Virus record (IMG/VR): IMGVR_UViG_3300010882_000012
From: a virus
Lineage: Duplodnaviria; Caudoviricetes
Direction: 5' to 3' (one strand)
Length of the DNA stretch: 64,000 nt
In this document: piece after piece, positions 26,782-36,682 of the stretch
How the letters are laid out: each line of letters opens with the position of its first letter
Position numbering within the stretch: the first letter of the stretch is position 1
Program-made: the position numbers and the translations under genes
The notes under the pieces: generated by a model
What the model was told of the DNA's origin: nothing
What the model saw: only the letters and a program-made list of their open reading frames with translations
Databases searched by the model: none

Positions 26782-29700
26782 TTATGCTACTGTAAATCCT
26801 CCGGAGCTAATTGCACCAGTTTTCAATACAGTTACACGGTTAATCACTTTTTGTAATCCTCTTGCTGGTTCAATACCGATGTCGATAATACCAACATTTT
26901 GGTCAATAACTTCTGGAGTGTTGTTAGTTTCGTCCATAATTACCATAAAGTCGTAAATTCCACCTGCATTTCTTACAGTTTGCAAGTATCCATCTACAAT
27001 TGTTCTAATTTCAAGGCGTGTGCTAGCATCATTAAATTCAAAGATGTAGTTGCTCAAAATATCCTCTACAGTTTCTTCAATAGTAATCAACAAGTCTCTC
27101 ACATGCAAGTTGTTAAAAGCTGTCAAAGTACGTTGATAAGCTGTTTGGTTGCCATAGATCATAGGTCCAGTTTTCTTTGTGGTAATAATTGGATTTAATC
27201 CCATCGGTTCAATCCATTCACGGTCTGTTAACAAGTATTCATACTCAAGACCTGTCAATTTAGGATTACTCAAAATACCACGTCTTGGGCCAGCTGTAAT
27301 TACGTATGGTTGTCCATTGATGAACTTACGCACAAAGTTGTTTGAAACGTCAGCTGCTGGCGGAATCATTTTGTTTTTGTTTTGTTCGTAGATCTTCAAG
27401 AATGGAGTGAAAACACCACAGAATCTTGCACCATTTTCATCATCTGGTAAACTAAATCTGAATGATGGTCCTAAGCTTAAGTTACCACCTGTAGAGATGT
27501 ACTCAGTTCTTAATAATGGTTTTGGTTCTCCAAGATCTGGTCTTGGTTCATCAGTAAATCTAGGATCTGTTGATTGGATAAACTCTGAAATTGATGGAGC
27601 ATTAAGTAAAGCCATACATTTCAGTCTGCGTTTTGCAAGACGTGAAAGAATTGCTTTAGGTCCCATCATAGGTTCCAAACCACCTGCAAAAGTATCTACT
27701 ATGTAACGGAAAGAAATCAATTCTTTGTCAACTAAAGTAGCACCTAAATTAGTATCTTCAATTACGCCATAAATCTTCCAAAGTTGGTCACGACCACCAG
27801 GCATATGATAAGTTGTAATTGTAAAACCATTAAGAGCCGTAAATTGAAGATGATGTGCTATTTGTGGAATTGGTAACATTCTGTTAACAAAACTTACGCC
27901 TGCTTCATCAGTGTAAATTTCAACCGGTTCATTAACTTGAATTTCAAATTCAGTAAATCCTGTAGTTGCATTAGCACGTTTAATTTTATTGATAACCTTA
28001 GTCAATCTTGTTTCACCACCAGCTACATTAATATCCACGGCTAAATAATGCCCTACTTCAATATCAAGTGCATTTGCTGCATTTACTCTGAAAATTGTTT
28101 TGCTAGCATTCAAAGTACCATCAATAACAGGGACGTTTTGTTGGATTTTTGCTGCTGCCGATTGTATTGCGATGTAAGTTGGTGCTTGTAATGGATCACC
28201 GTCTCTATCTACTATCAAACCATGTTCTTCTGCAATATCTAACCATTCATCAACTAAGTGGTCTGTTTGAATACCTGCACGAATCCAAGAACCTGTATCC
28301 ATTTTGATAAGATCTGCAAAAGTATCAATTGGTGTATTCAATTCTGGATTAGCCCATTGTCTAATTCTTTGAACAGGAAGACCATAAAGACCAATTGCCG
28401 GCGCGAATGAGAAGTATCTAAGATCGGTAAGTTGTTCATTTGCAAACGCATAGTCACCATCAATTATTGAACGATTAACAATTTCGTCAAACAATTTGTT
28501 ACCAGGATAAACATCAATAGAAAATTTTTCACCTATTGCATTTTGCCATACGTCTTCGATGTAAGATGATTTGAAAATGAATTGCATACCTTCTTCAAGA
28601 TTTGGCATATAGTTCATTGCTGCTTCACCATTACAGTAAGTTACTTGACGATTTTCTAAAGTATTAGGTTGGGCTATACCACCAACAATAGGGCTGGCTG
28701 GAATACCAATTTCACCATTCAACCAATACTTAAACCAATTTAAGTGGATATCTGTTGTTGGTACATCTGCCATTAATTCTTCAAGAGTTTTGTAGAACTC
28801 AACTCTGTAATCAGTGTAAGAAACAGATGGATCTGGAATCATAGCTGGTACACTTGGATCAACTATTTCGCCTTGTGCTACCGGATTTGGTAAAAATTCA
28901 TACTCATTTTCTGTTCCTGGAGTTTCATCCCATACTTGTCCTTCGCCTCCTGGAAATGTTATACTATCCCAAGTTCCATTAAGTACTGTAGGTTTCCAAG
29001 CTGGATCTGGAATCATCGATGGATAAGCTAGATTAGGCACCATTGTTACAGTACTTGCTGCTTCACCGTCTTTTACTACCATGTAACGATTGTATCCTTT
29101 AACGTAAATCATGTCGAACTGACTGATAAACTGAGGAGGTCTCATTGTAGGTCCGTCAAGTGCAAAAGTATTATCAGGAAATACCATAGTGAGCTTTTGC
29201 TCAGTCGGATCAATATCTTTAATTGTAATACCATCCCAAATACCTGACCACTCTTCATTCTTAGTAGGATTTGAAAGCACTAATTCTAAAGCATTTCCAG
29301 TGCTTGTTACACTATCAACTTTAAGATATCCATTTTTGTTCAAAATAGCACCAGGGAAAGTTCCACCTTCACCAGTATCAGGATCAGCATCACCTGCTTC
29401 CATTACTCTTGAACCATATGCTTTAATCAAACTGTTAGAATTCAATACTGTTGCTAATTTAGTGTAATCTGAAACAGTAAATTGTTGTCCAGGAGCTAAC
29501 ATCTTAGGTCTTGGAATAACTAAAGTATTGAAGAACGGGCTTGAATTGTTTGTGTATGGTAATGATTTTACAAAAACATTTTGTTGTTTACCATTTACTT
29601 CATTAAAATCGGGTTCTGCAAAGTTAGTAGTTTCTGTTTCATCAATAATTGAATAATGAGAACTAAAAAACAACTCATCTGTAATAGGTCCAACATAACT

Positions 29701-30684
29701 CAAAAAGTTCATTGAAGATTTAGTAGAACCAATTAAAGAGTGTCCTATTAAGTCAAGTTTCCAATCTGAATTTTCATAGTCATCAAACATTGCACGATTT
29801 ACTACACAGAAAAGACCTGTTGTTCCTACTGTATTGTTCACAATATTTTCAATAAAATGGTTAACACCATTTCTATCTGTAAAATCTGGAATAATACAAC
29901 CTGTCATGTTTGCTACTAAAGTTACAGTATCATCCGTAATAAAGTACTCAATCATTTCGGTTTTAATACCATTAGCATCAAAGAATCTTGAATACAATGG
30001 ATCAATTGATAATGTTTCATAATTAGTCCAATCTCCTTCAACTACAATAACATCCAAAAAATAGTCTGAGATATAGTCAAATTCCTTAATAAAATCAGGA
30101 ACATTACCAGATCCATAGAATTCTCTTGCTGTAATATCAAAACCTTTAATGTTTCTTGCTTTTCTGATTAAAATCGAAAGTGGTCTTTGACTAAAATTAG
30201 TAAAAGAGAATAGCATATCTCTTGTAATTGGATTTAAATCTACAATAGCTTGAAAATAGCTTGTATCTGGAAACCAGAATCTTTCTTTATTGTAAAAACT
30301 TGCTATCAATTCTCTCGAAACATTTGCATTATCCTGTGTAATACTTGTCGAAAATGGACGGTACTCAATTTTGTCTCCTGTTGGCGTATTATCAAGAGCC
30401 AACAAATTCAAGGCATAAACAGGACCAGTTTGAAGACATGTCTCAATACTTCTATGGAAGAATGAACCTCTCTTTTCAAGAATAGTATCAACTTCTCCAA
30501 ATATCTGACGTGCTGATTTAACATCTCTTAAAAACACCGGCGCGTTGAATGGACCTCTACGAGAAAAACCAACTACAAGTCTAATCGTTTGAGTACTCAC
30601 TGTAATACTTTCACTCGCGTCAAATTCCACAGTATAAACACCTGCTGCTCTGAACTGATTAAGGTCTAAAGTTAATTTAGCCAT
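26782..30684 (-). CDS. gp18: tail sheath protein (gp18-like), 1300 aa with large central insertions
   Basis: GVYTVEFD, GFSRRGPFN, AGPRRG, LHVRDLL, FEFND, DETNNTPEVID. Confidence 0.93.
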   Translation of the reverse strand: MAKLTLDLNQFRAAGVYTVEFDASESITVSTQTIRLVVGFSRRGPFNAPVFLRDVKSARQIFGEVDTILEKRGSFFHRSIETCLQTGPVYALNLLALDNTPTGDKIEYRPFSTSITQDNANVSRELIASFYNKERFWFPDTSYFQAIVDLNPITRDMLFSFTNFSQRPLSILIRKARNIKGFDITAREFYGSGNVPDFIKEFDYISDYFLDVIVVEGDWTNYETLSIDPLYSRFFDANGIKTEMIEYFITDDTVTLVANMTGCIIPDFTDRNGVNHFIENIVNNTVGTTGLFCVVNRAMFDDYENSDWKLDLIGHSLIGSTKSSMNFLSYVGPITDELFFSSHYSIIDETETTNFAEPDFNEVNGKQQNVFVKSLPYTNNSSPFFNTLVIPRPKMLAPGQQFTVSDYTKLATVLNSNSLIKAYGSRVMEAGDADPDTGEGGTFPGAILNKNGYLKVDSVTSTGNALELVLSNPTKNEEWSGIWDGITIKDIDPTEQKLTMVFPDNTFALDGPTMRPPQFISQFDMIYVKGYNRYMVVKDGEAASTVTMVPNLAYPSMIPDPAWKPTVLNGTWDSITFPGGEGQVWDETPGTENEYEFLPNPVAQGEIVDPSVPAMIPDPSVSYTDYRVEFYKTLEELMADVPTTDIHLNWFKYWLNGEIGIPASPIVGGIAQPNTLENRQVTYCNGEAAMNYMPNLEEGMQFIFKSSYIEDVWQNAIGEKFSIDVYPGNKLFDEIVNRSIIDGDYAFANEQLTDLRYFSFAPAIGLYGLPVQRIRQWANPELNTPIDTFADLIKMDTGSWIRAGIQTDHLVDEWLDIAEEHGLIVDRDGDPLQAPTYIAIQSAAAKIQQNVPVIDGTLNASKTIFRVNAANALDIEVGHYLAVDINVAGGETRLTKVINKIKRANATTGFTEFEIQVNEPVEIYTDEAGVSFVNRMLPIPQIAHHLQFTALNGFTITTYHMPGGRDQLWKIYGVIEDTNLGATLVDKELISFRYIVDTFAGGLEPMMGPKAILSRLAKRRLKCMALLNAPSISEFIQSTDPRFTDEPRPDLGEPKPLLRTEYISTGGNLSLGPSFRFSLPDDENGARFCGVFTPFLKIYEQNKNKMIPPAADVSNNFVRKFINGQPYVITAGPRRGILSNPKLTGLEYEYLLTDREWIEPMGLNPIITTKKTGPMIYGNQTAYQRTLTAFNNLHVRDLLITIEETVEDILSNYIFEFNDASTRLEIRTIVDGYLQTVRNAGGIYDFMVIMDETNNTPEVIDQNVGIIDIGIEPARGLQKVINRVTVLKTGAISSGGFTVA

Positions 30685-30727
30685 ATTGTTAGAATTTTTT
30701 TAAATTTTCTTAGTTATTAACTACTTC

Positions 30728-30751
30728 TTACTATTTATTCCAGATTATTTT
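30728..30751 (-). promoter_or_regulatory. late-promoter motif upstream of sheath (proximal copy)
   Basis: AAAATAATCTGGAATAAATAGTAA on the minus strand, 24-nt identity to the consensus. Confidence 0.78.
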
Positions 30752-30779
30752 AGAATATCTAATAATTTTTTAGCCTAAC

Positions 30780-30799
30780 ATCTTTTACTATTTATTCCA
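30780..30799 (-). promoter_or_regulatory. late-promoter motif (distal copy), overlapping the stop codon of fusion copy B
   Basis: TGGAATAAATAGTAAAAGAT on the minus strand. Confidence 0.7.
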
Positions 30800-32696
30800 A
30801 TATTTTTTCAACTTTTTCACTTTTTATTAAAATCACAAATTCTTTATTTTCTCCAAAATTACTTTTATTTATTATTTCTTCAGTAATAAAATCTTTATAT
30901 TTTTCTGTTTTATCTACAACAAAAAGATATGAAGAACATTTAAAATTCTTTAAACATATATTTATCCATTCATCACAACTTAAATCTTTTTGTCCTTCTA
31001 TCCAAACTTCTTTAAGATTATAAGGAGGACAAGTAAACAAACAGTCATAAGATCCTTTTGATTTTATTATATCTTTACATTTTAATTGAACCTTGTTATT
31101 TAACTTTAAAAAATCTATCATATTTTTACTTTCTTTTATATGAATTTCATTTATATCTTGACCAATATAATTCTTATTTAAAGAAATTGTACCTAACATT
31201 CTACCAGAATAACCTGAAAATGGATCAAAAATTGTATTAAATTCATTAAGATATTTTTCAATTAATTGTTTAGCTCGCCATGCTTTAAAAGTTGTTACTT
31301 TCTGACAAATTTTTGAAATATGAAATCCTTCTAATATTCTATTTGGATCAATATTATTTTTATAAATAAGTCTATTTTTAATAACTTTCATAAGTAATTT
31401 ATCATCAAACCATGCTTCATATGGACTCAAATTATCTTTTTTTGCATGCCAAATAGAATGATGAAAATGACGAATAAGATTTGAACCTATTAAAGCTTTT
31501 TCTTTAAACAAAGTATATTTACAAAGTTCATCAAAACTTTTTTGTAAAACTTTTTCATTATATTTAGGATATGGAAATTCTATAGATCTACACCAATTAA
31601 AAATATCTTGAATATACTCATCATAATTCATTTCTAAAACTTTAAAAAGTTCTTTAACTCCTTCTTCAAATTGAGTTTCTATTATAGAAATAAATTTTAC
31701 GTTTTCAGGAATAAAATTTAATCTTTCAATATCACGTTCTATATTTACACGAATACCATCTTGATCTGAAAGATAACCGTGCCAATATAATCCATCACAT
31801 TCAATAAGAGCTTTTAAATTATTTTTATCATCAAAAATTGCAAAATCAAATTCTTTTATTTTATTTTTATCTTCAATTAAATAATGATGTTCAAATTTTA
31901 TATTTCTATTAATTAATAATTCTATAAGTTTTTTTTCTAAACGAGAAAATTGTCCTTCTTTTGTAACTTTATCTCTAAAACTTTTTGAATGCATAAGATG
32001 TATTACACCATAACGATCAAAAATTGTTTGTGTTATTTTATCTTTTATTAATGGATTTTGCGCTGGATTTTCAACATTATAACGTTCTAAACAAGTTTTT
32101 CTTATTTTCCCAGGATTATTATAATTTTTATCTCCATATATTTCTAAACAAGTTTGTTTTCCTTTATTATTTAATTCTTTTGAAGAAAATCCAATACCAT
32201 TATAACGTTCTTCACAAGTTATTTTAACTTTATTTTTAATTTCTTTAGAATACATCGGATGCCCATTATATTTTTCTTCCCATGTTTTATTTTTCTTATC
32301 AACTAAAAAAGAACTTGTGGAATTATATCTTTCTAATAAAGTTTGTTTTGTTTTTTCTTGTATTTCTTTATTTTGTTGTGGATTTTCTACACCAAATTTT
32401 TCAATACAAGTATTTTTAACTTTTTGAAATGTATTTTGATATCTACATGATTTTTTATCACATGTATTAGCATATTTTCTATTATTTAAAATAAATTTAA
32501 CATTTTCACCACAAATTGGACATTTTGGTATTTCTTGTAAATTATTTAAAAATAAAAAAATTCTTTCTTTATAATGAACAATATTTAAATGTGAAGAAAA
32601 AGAATCTATAACATCTTTATATTGTTCATAAATTTGTTTTCTTGTATTTCCTTTTTTAGAAAATAATAAAGACCTTAATTCTTTTTCAGTTAACAT
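30792..32696 (-). CDS. fusion protein: Zn-finger + repeats + Vsr-like endonuclease + DNA methyltransferase domain (copy B)
   Basis: CPICG..C..C; FGVENP repeats; FDFAIF..IECDGLYWHG; DPFSGYSGR; FTCPPY; C-terminal half closely similar to copy A. Confidence 0.75.
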   Translation of the reverse strand: MLTEKELRSLLFSKKGNTRKQIYEQYKDVIDSFSSHLNIVHYKERIFLFLNNLQEIPKCPICGENVKFILNNRKYANTCDKKSCRYQNTFQKVKNTCIEKFGVENPQQNKEIQEKTKQTLLERYNSTSSFLVDKKNKTWEEKYNGHPMYSKEIKNKVKITCEERYNGIGFSSKELNNKGKQTCLEIYGDKNYNNPGKIRKTCLERYNVENPAQNPLIKDKITQTIFDRYGVIHLMHSKSFRDKVTKEGQFSRLEKKLIELLINRNIKFEHHYLIEDKNKIKEFDFAIFDDKNNLKALIECDGLYWHGYLSDQDGIRVNIERDIERLNFIPENVKFISIIETQFEEGVKELFKVLEMNYDEYIQDIFNWCRSIEFPYPKYNEKVLQKSFDELCKYTLFKEKALIGSNLIRHFHHSIWHAKKDNLSPYEAWFDDKLLMKVIKNRLIYKNNIDPNRILEGFHISKICQKVTTFKAWRAKQLIEKYLNEFNTIFDPFSGYSGRMLGTISLNKNYIGQDINEIHIKESKNMIDFLKLNNKVQLKCKDIIKSKGSYDCLFTCPPYNLKEVWIEGQKDLSCDEWINICLKNFKCSSYLFVVDKTEKYKDFITEEIINKSNFGENKEFVILIKSEKVEKILE

Positions 32697-32860
32697 TAAA
32701 AAATAGTTTTTTTATATAAATCTGATAAAAATTCTCTTATTAATTTAGACATATTCCATCCTTTATTTTGCATATAAGCAAGTTCTTCTTTTTCTTTATT
32801 ATTTAATTTAACAACCAAAGTATGATGGCGTTTTATTTCTAATGATTTTTTTGTATTCAT
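32696..32860 (-). CDS. ribbon-helix-helix DNA-binding protein (54 aa), not in the ORF track
   Basis: MNTKKSLEIKRHHTLVVKLNNKEKEELAYMQNKGWNMSKLIREFLSDLYKKTIF; strand-helix-G.N.S.LIRE.L pattern; TAATG overlap with copy B. Confidence 0.7.
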   Translation of the reverse strand: MNTKKSLEIKRHHTLVVKLNNKEKEELAYMQNKGWNMSKLIREFLSDLYKKTIF

Positions 32861-32927
32861 AATTATAATTATATTTATATTATATATTCCAATATTTTTT
32901 CAGCTTTTTACTATTTTGTAATAATCA

Positions 32928-32950
32928 AAAAAGCCATCATTTAGATGGCT
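32928..32950 (-). terminator. intrinsic terminator after the Ig-repeat gene
   Basis: AGCCATC...GATGGCT hairpin plus T-run on the minus strand. Confidence 0.65.
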
Positions 32951-33029
32951 CTTAAAGAGATTAAAGATTAAAATTCTAATTATTTATAAATCTTTATGGA
33001 ATTATAATCCCAAAAGATTATTGTTATAG

Positions 33030-36000
33030 TTATTCTTCATAAAATGTATAAATAAAGATATCCTCCTGAATATTTTTAATAATTGCAGTGTTAACACCTG
33101 GATATTCAATATCATAATCAAGAAGATTCATTTGTTTAGAATAAATGACTAATAAGTACACTGTAATATTATAACTCCATTTAATTTCTAAGTTTTGTCC
33201 TAACTGTATGGTCAGTGGAAAACTTGGTGTGAGTATCTGATTATTTGGCGAAACTGTGTAAAAATCTTCAATTAAGTCGACCGTTACTGTATTTGTTTCA
33301 AGTTCAAAAATTTTCTTTCCATTAAGAAACGCAACCTGTACTTCTTTTCCGTTAAGGAACATGTGTCCAATTTCTTTCCCATCTAAAAAACATCCACCTG
33401 AAGCAGTTACTATTATACTGAAGTTCTTTACATCAACACCATAAAGACTTAATACCATTACATCAAAATTGAAACTTCCAGAATTTAATACAATACCTGA
33501 AATAACACCAGTGTCAGGATCTAAAGTCAATCCGTTAGGCAATGATCCATTATGAATCCTCCAACTAATTGGTAAATCTCCAGATGCTTCAACTGTAGCT
33601 TCATAAAATTCCCCTACAATTGCATTCATCAAAGATGCCGTTGTAATAATCGGAGGATCTTTGATTGTCATCACAAATTGTCTTTCATCACTTCCAATTG
33701 CATTTGAAGCAATAATCGAGAAATTAAAAATGCCCGGAGTTGTTGGTATTCCTGTAAGTTGTCCGGCTGAACTTAAACTTAATCCATCTGGCAACACATC
33801 ACCAGATTTCAAAGTCCAAGTTATTGTAGGATTTCCATCTGCAACTAAACCAATATTAACTGAGCTTCCTTTGATTCCATTATTTAAGTAACTTGATATT
33901 ATTATGATTGGTGCACCTGTGTTATTAATTAGTATCGTAAACTGTCTTGTATCATCAAGTTCCGTAATATTCGTAACGCCAATCGTAAAAGTTGAAAGAC
34001 CTAACGTTGTCGGTGTTCCTGAAATAAGACCGGTGTTTGGGTTTAAACTTAACCCATTGGGCAAAGAACCATAAAGAACACTCCAAGTTCTTTCTTGTGA
34101 ACTTCCAGATGCCTGTAAAGTTTGGGAATAAGCAGTAGAGATAGTACCCGTGTTTAAAGAAAGTGTTAAGATCTTCGGTTCTTCATATACGTTCAAGATA
34201 AAGTCTTCTTCAAAATAATCAGCAATATTCTCAACCCGTAATCTTATTGGAAAACTACCAATCACAGAGGTTGTTCCGGAGATTAGTCCTGTTTCAGGAT
34301 CCAATGTAATTCCGGGTGGCAAACTTCCAGAAACGATACTCCATTCATGAGGTGTTACACCAGTTGCTGTCATTTGTTGCGAATATGGAATGCCCTTTAT
34401 CGCAAATGCAATGTCAAGTTCTATGATACTTGGTGTTGATATTTCAAGTGTTATCTGTTGTGGTGCAGAACTTCCAAACTCGTTAGTTGCTGTAACAGAA
34501 AATATGTAAGTGCCTTCAATTGGATATACCCAAGTAAGAGCGCCATTTGAAGAAAGTGAAATCTGTGCAGCGGCAGTTGGATTTGATGGTGGGGTTGTAA
34601 TTGCCCACATAATCGGTGTATTGCCATTTGCGGTAAGCACCACCGTAAACGGTCTGGCTTCTCTTCCACCAAAAAGATTCGCTGACGTAATTGTCGGTGA
34701 AGCTCCTATTGTAATAGAAAATTGTCCAGATGCTTGGGTTGTTCCGTTTGTGATTGTAACTGTTACGTTATAAGTACCTGCAACTGACGGGGTTCCGGTT
34801 ACAACACCGGTTCCTGCTGTAATAAGCAATCCGGTTGGTTGTCCGGTCCATGACCATGAAATACCTGCTGTTGAGTCTAAACCTTCTGCTTGAAAGGTTA
34901 ACTTTCCATTATAAGAAGTACCAACTGTTCCAATCGGAAGTGGAGATTGTGTTACAATGGCAAGTGCCAAACCTGCATCAATACTTAAGTTTCTTGGTGC
35001 AGAACTGCCTGCAATATTAGTAGCAACGACTGTAAAGTTAAACAGTCCCGTTGTGTTTGGGGTACCTGAGATTATGCCTGTTTGTCCGTCAAGACTTAAA
35101 CCACCTGGAAGTTGCCCAGAAGTTATTGCATAAGTAATAGGTGTAGTTCCAGTTGCATTAAGTTGAACAGAATAATTGGATCCCAAACGAGCATACCCAA
35201 AAGATGTTGTTGTAATTGCTGGAAGCTGATATGTTGTGATTGTGTATGTTCTAACATCGGTTCCTATACTGTTTTCTGCTTGTATAGAAAAGTTACTTAC
35301 ACCAAGTGTTGTTGGTGTTCCTGTAAGTTGTCCTGTATTAGTATTAAGAGAAATGCCATTAGGAAGTGATCCTGTTAAAACTGACCATGTAATTGGAGTT
35401 TGACCAGAAGCACTTAATGTTGCATTGTAAGCAACCGTAAGAGCTCCATTTGGTAAAGATATTGTATTGATGTTTGGCTTTGAAAAAACACCGAACGAAA
35501 AGTTCTTCGTATCAGTTCCATAATTATTGGTAGCAGTAACCGTAATTTGGCAAGTTTGTCCGTCAATTGTAGGTGTTCCTGTAATTGTAGTACCGCTTAT
35601 TGAAAGTCCGGTCGGTAAAGTCCCAGAAGTAACTGAAACTGTAACTTGCATACCGGCTGCTGAACCCGTAACCGTTGGACTCCAAGAATATGGAATGTTC
35701 TCAATTGCTCCGGGAATGTAAGTATCGGTTATAACAGGAGGTTCTGCAACGATTAAAGTAAACTGTCTTGTTGTTGTGTAACCCAAAGAGTCTTCTAACG
35801 AAACTGTAAAGTTGTAAGATCCTTCATTTAAACCAATTGTTCCGCTTATAAGTCCAGCAGAATTTACAGAAAGTCCATGTCCTGTTGGCAATCCATTAAG
35901 TGAAAATATGAACGGGGCTGTTCCTCCAGACCAAGCAAGTTGCTGCGAATAAGATCTTCCTTTTAATGACGATGTTATTGAAGCAGTTGTAATAATAGGA

Positions 36001-36677
36001 GGATCTGCAATTTTTATGTCACCTCCTGCTGGTGTTGTACCTTCCCACCAACCTGATGTTGGTGTATAATCAAGAACTGCATTACGGATTGCTAATAACG
36101 GAGGTTCGTTTCCTGCTCCAAAATCAGCAGTAAGGTCAATAACGACCACATTATCAAGCTGACCATAAAGATCACTATTTCCTGAGTTTGCAGTTTGTTG
36201 CCAAACCCATCTTGGATTCCAGTTTACAGTGTCTGCTGTCCAGATAGCATCAATTAGTTGCCATGAAGTTGTTACCAAAGATTGCAACCCATTCACAAAA
36301 GGTGTAAGTGCCGTTGTTCCCCTTGCAGGAATTGCATTTGTACCATTTGCTGGATTGACTGCATTAACGACCGTACAAGCAGATACTGTTCCTGCTGTTG
36401 CACCACGAAGTCTAACCTGAGATCGTATGTAATACTTGTGACCTACAATTGCACCTAAGTTAGTTGTCGGGTTAACATAAATCAAGCCCTGGGTTTTTCC
36501 TCCAATTTGTAATGCACCAGTTGCATATTCACCGTGGACTGGTGCCAATGGCGTAACCTGAGTTGGGTTTAACACAGACTGTGCATTTTGGTTGTTTGTT
36601 TGGAAACCTGAAAACCCATTAATATTAGCTATAAAGCTTCCGTTTGTGATCTTATTTGTAAGTTGTATTGCTGCCAT
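33030..36677 (-). CDS. virion surface protein with about 10 putative Ig (He_PIG-like) repeats
   Basis: Repeated P.ITT..LP....Y...L.A.G...W....LP.GLSL...TG.ISGTP units. Confidence 0.82.
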   Translation of the reverse strand: MAAIQLTNKITNGSFIANINGFSGFQTNNQNAQSVLNPTQVTPLAPVHGEYATGALQIGGKTQGLIYVNPTTNLGAIVGHKYYIRSQVRLRGATAGTVSACTVVNAVNPANGTNAIPARGTTALTPFVNGLQSLVTTSWQLIDAIWTADTVNWNPRWVWQQTANSGNSDLYGQLDNVVVIDLTADFGAGNEPPLLAIRNAVLDYTPTSGWWEGTTPAGGDIKIADPPIITTASITSSLKGRSYSQQLAWSGGTAPFIFSLNGLPTGHGLSVNSAGLISGTIGLNEGSYNFTVSLEDSLGYTTTRQFTLIVAEPPVITDTYIPGAIENIPYSWSPTVTGSAAGMQVTVSVTSGTLPTGLSISGTTITGTPTIDGQTCQITVTATNNYGTDTKNFSFGVFSKPNINTISLPNGALTVAYNATLSASGQTPITWSVLTGSLPNGISLNTNTGQLTGTPTTLGVSNFSIQAENSIGTDVRTYTITTYQLPAITTTSFGYARLGSNYSVQLNATGTTPITYAITSGQLPGGLSLDGQTGIISGTPNTTGLFNFTVVATNIAGSSAPRNLSIDAGLALAIVTQSPLPIGTVGTSYNGKLTFQAEGLDSTAGISWSWTGQPTGLLITAGTGVVTGTPSVAGTYNVTVTITNGTTQASGQFSITIGASPTITSANLFGGREARPFTVVLTANGNTPIMWAITTPPSNPTAAAQISLSSNGALTWVYPIEGTYIFSVTATNEFGSSAPQQITLEISTPSIIELDIAFAIKGIPYSQQMTATGVTPHEWSIVSGSLPPGITLDPETGLISGTTSVIGSFPIRLRVENIADYFEEDFILNVYEEPKILTLSLNTGTISTAYSQTLQASGSSQERTWSVLYGSLPNGLSLNPNTGLISGTPTTLGLSTFTIGVTNITELDDTRQFTILINNTGAPIIIISSYLNNGIKGSSVNIGLVADGNPTITWTLKSGDVLPDGLSLSSAGQLTGIPTTPGIFNFSIIASNAIGSDERQFVMTIKDPPIITTASLMNAIVGEFYEATVEASGDLPISWRIHNGSLPNGLTLDPDTGVISGIVLNSGSFNFDVMVLSLYGVDVKNFSIIVTASGGCFLDGKEIGHMFLNGKEVQVAFLNGKKIFELETNTVTVDLIEDFYTVSPNNQILTPSFPLTIQLGQNLEIKWSYNITVYLLVIYSKQMNLLDYDIEYPGVNTAIIKNIQEDIFIYTFYEE

Positions 36678-36682
36678 CGTTT

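Noticed and set aside
26899-30465. Short + strand ORFs opposite the sheath gene (and similar ones at 9651, 14642, 17253-19883, 33661-36420, 50049)
   Set aside because: Antisense or alternate-frame shadows of strong genes, with no motifs
23963-32696. Composite transposon or IS element carrying the tail genes
   Set aside because: No transposase motifs or terminal inverted repeats seen; the N-terminal halves of the two copies are diverged
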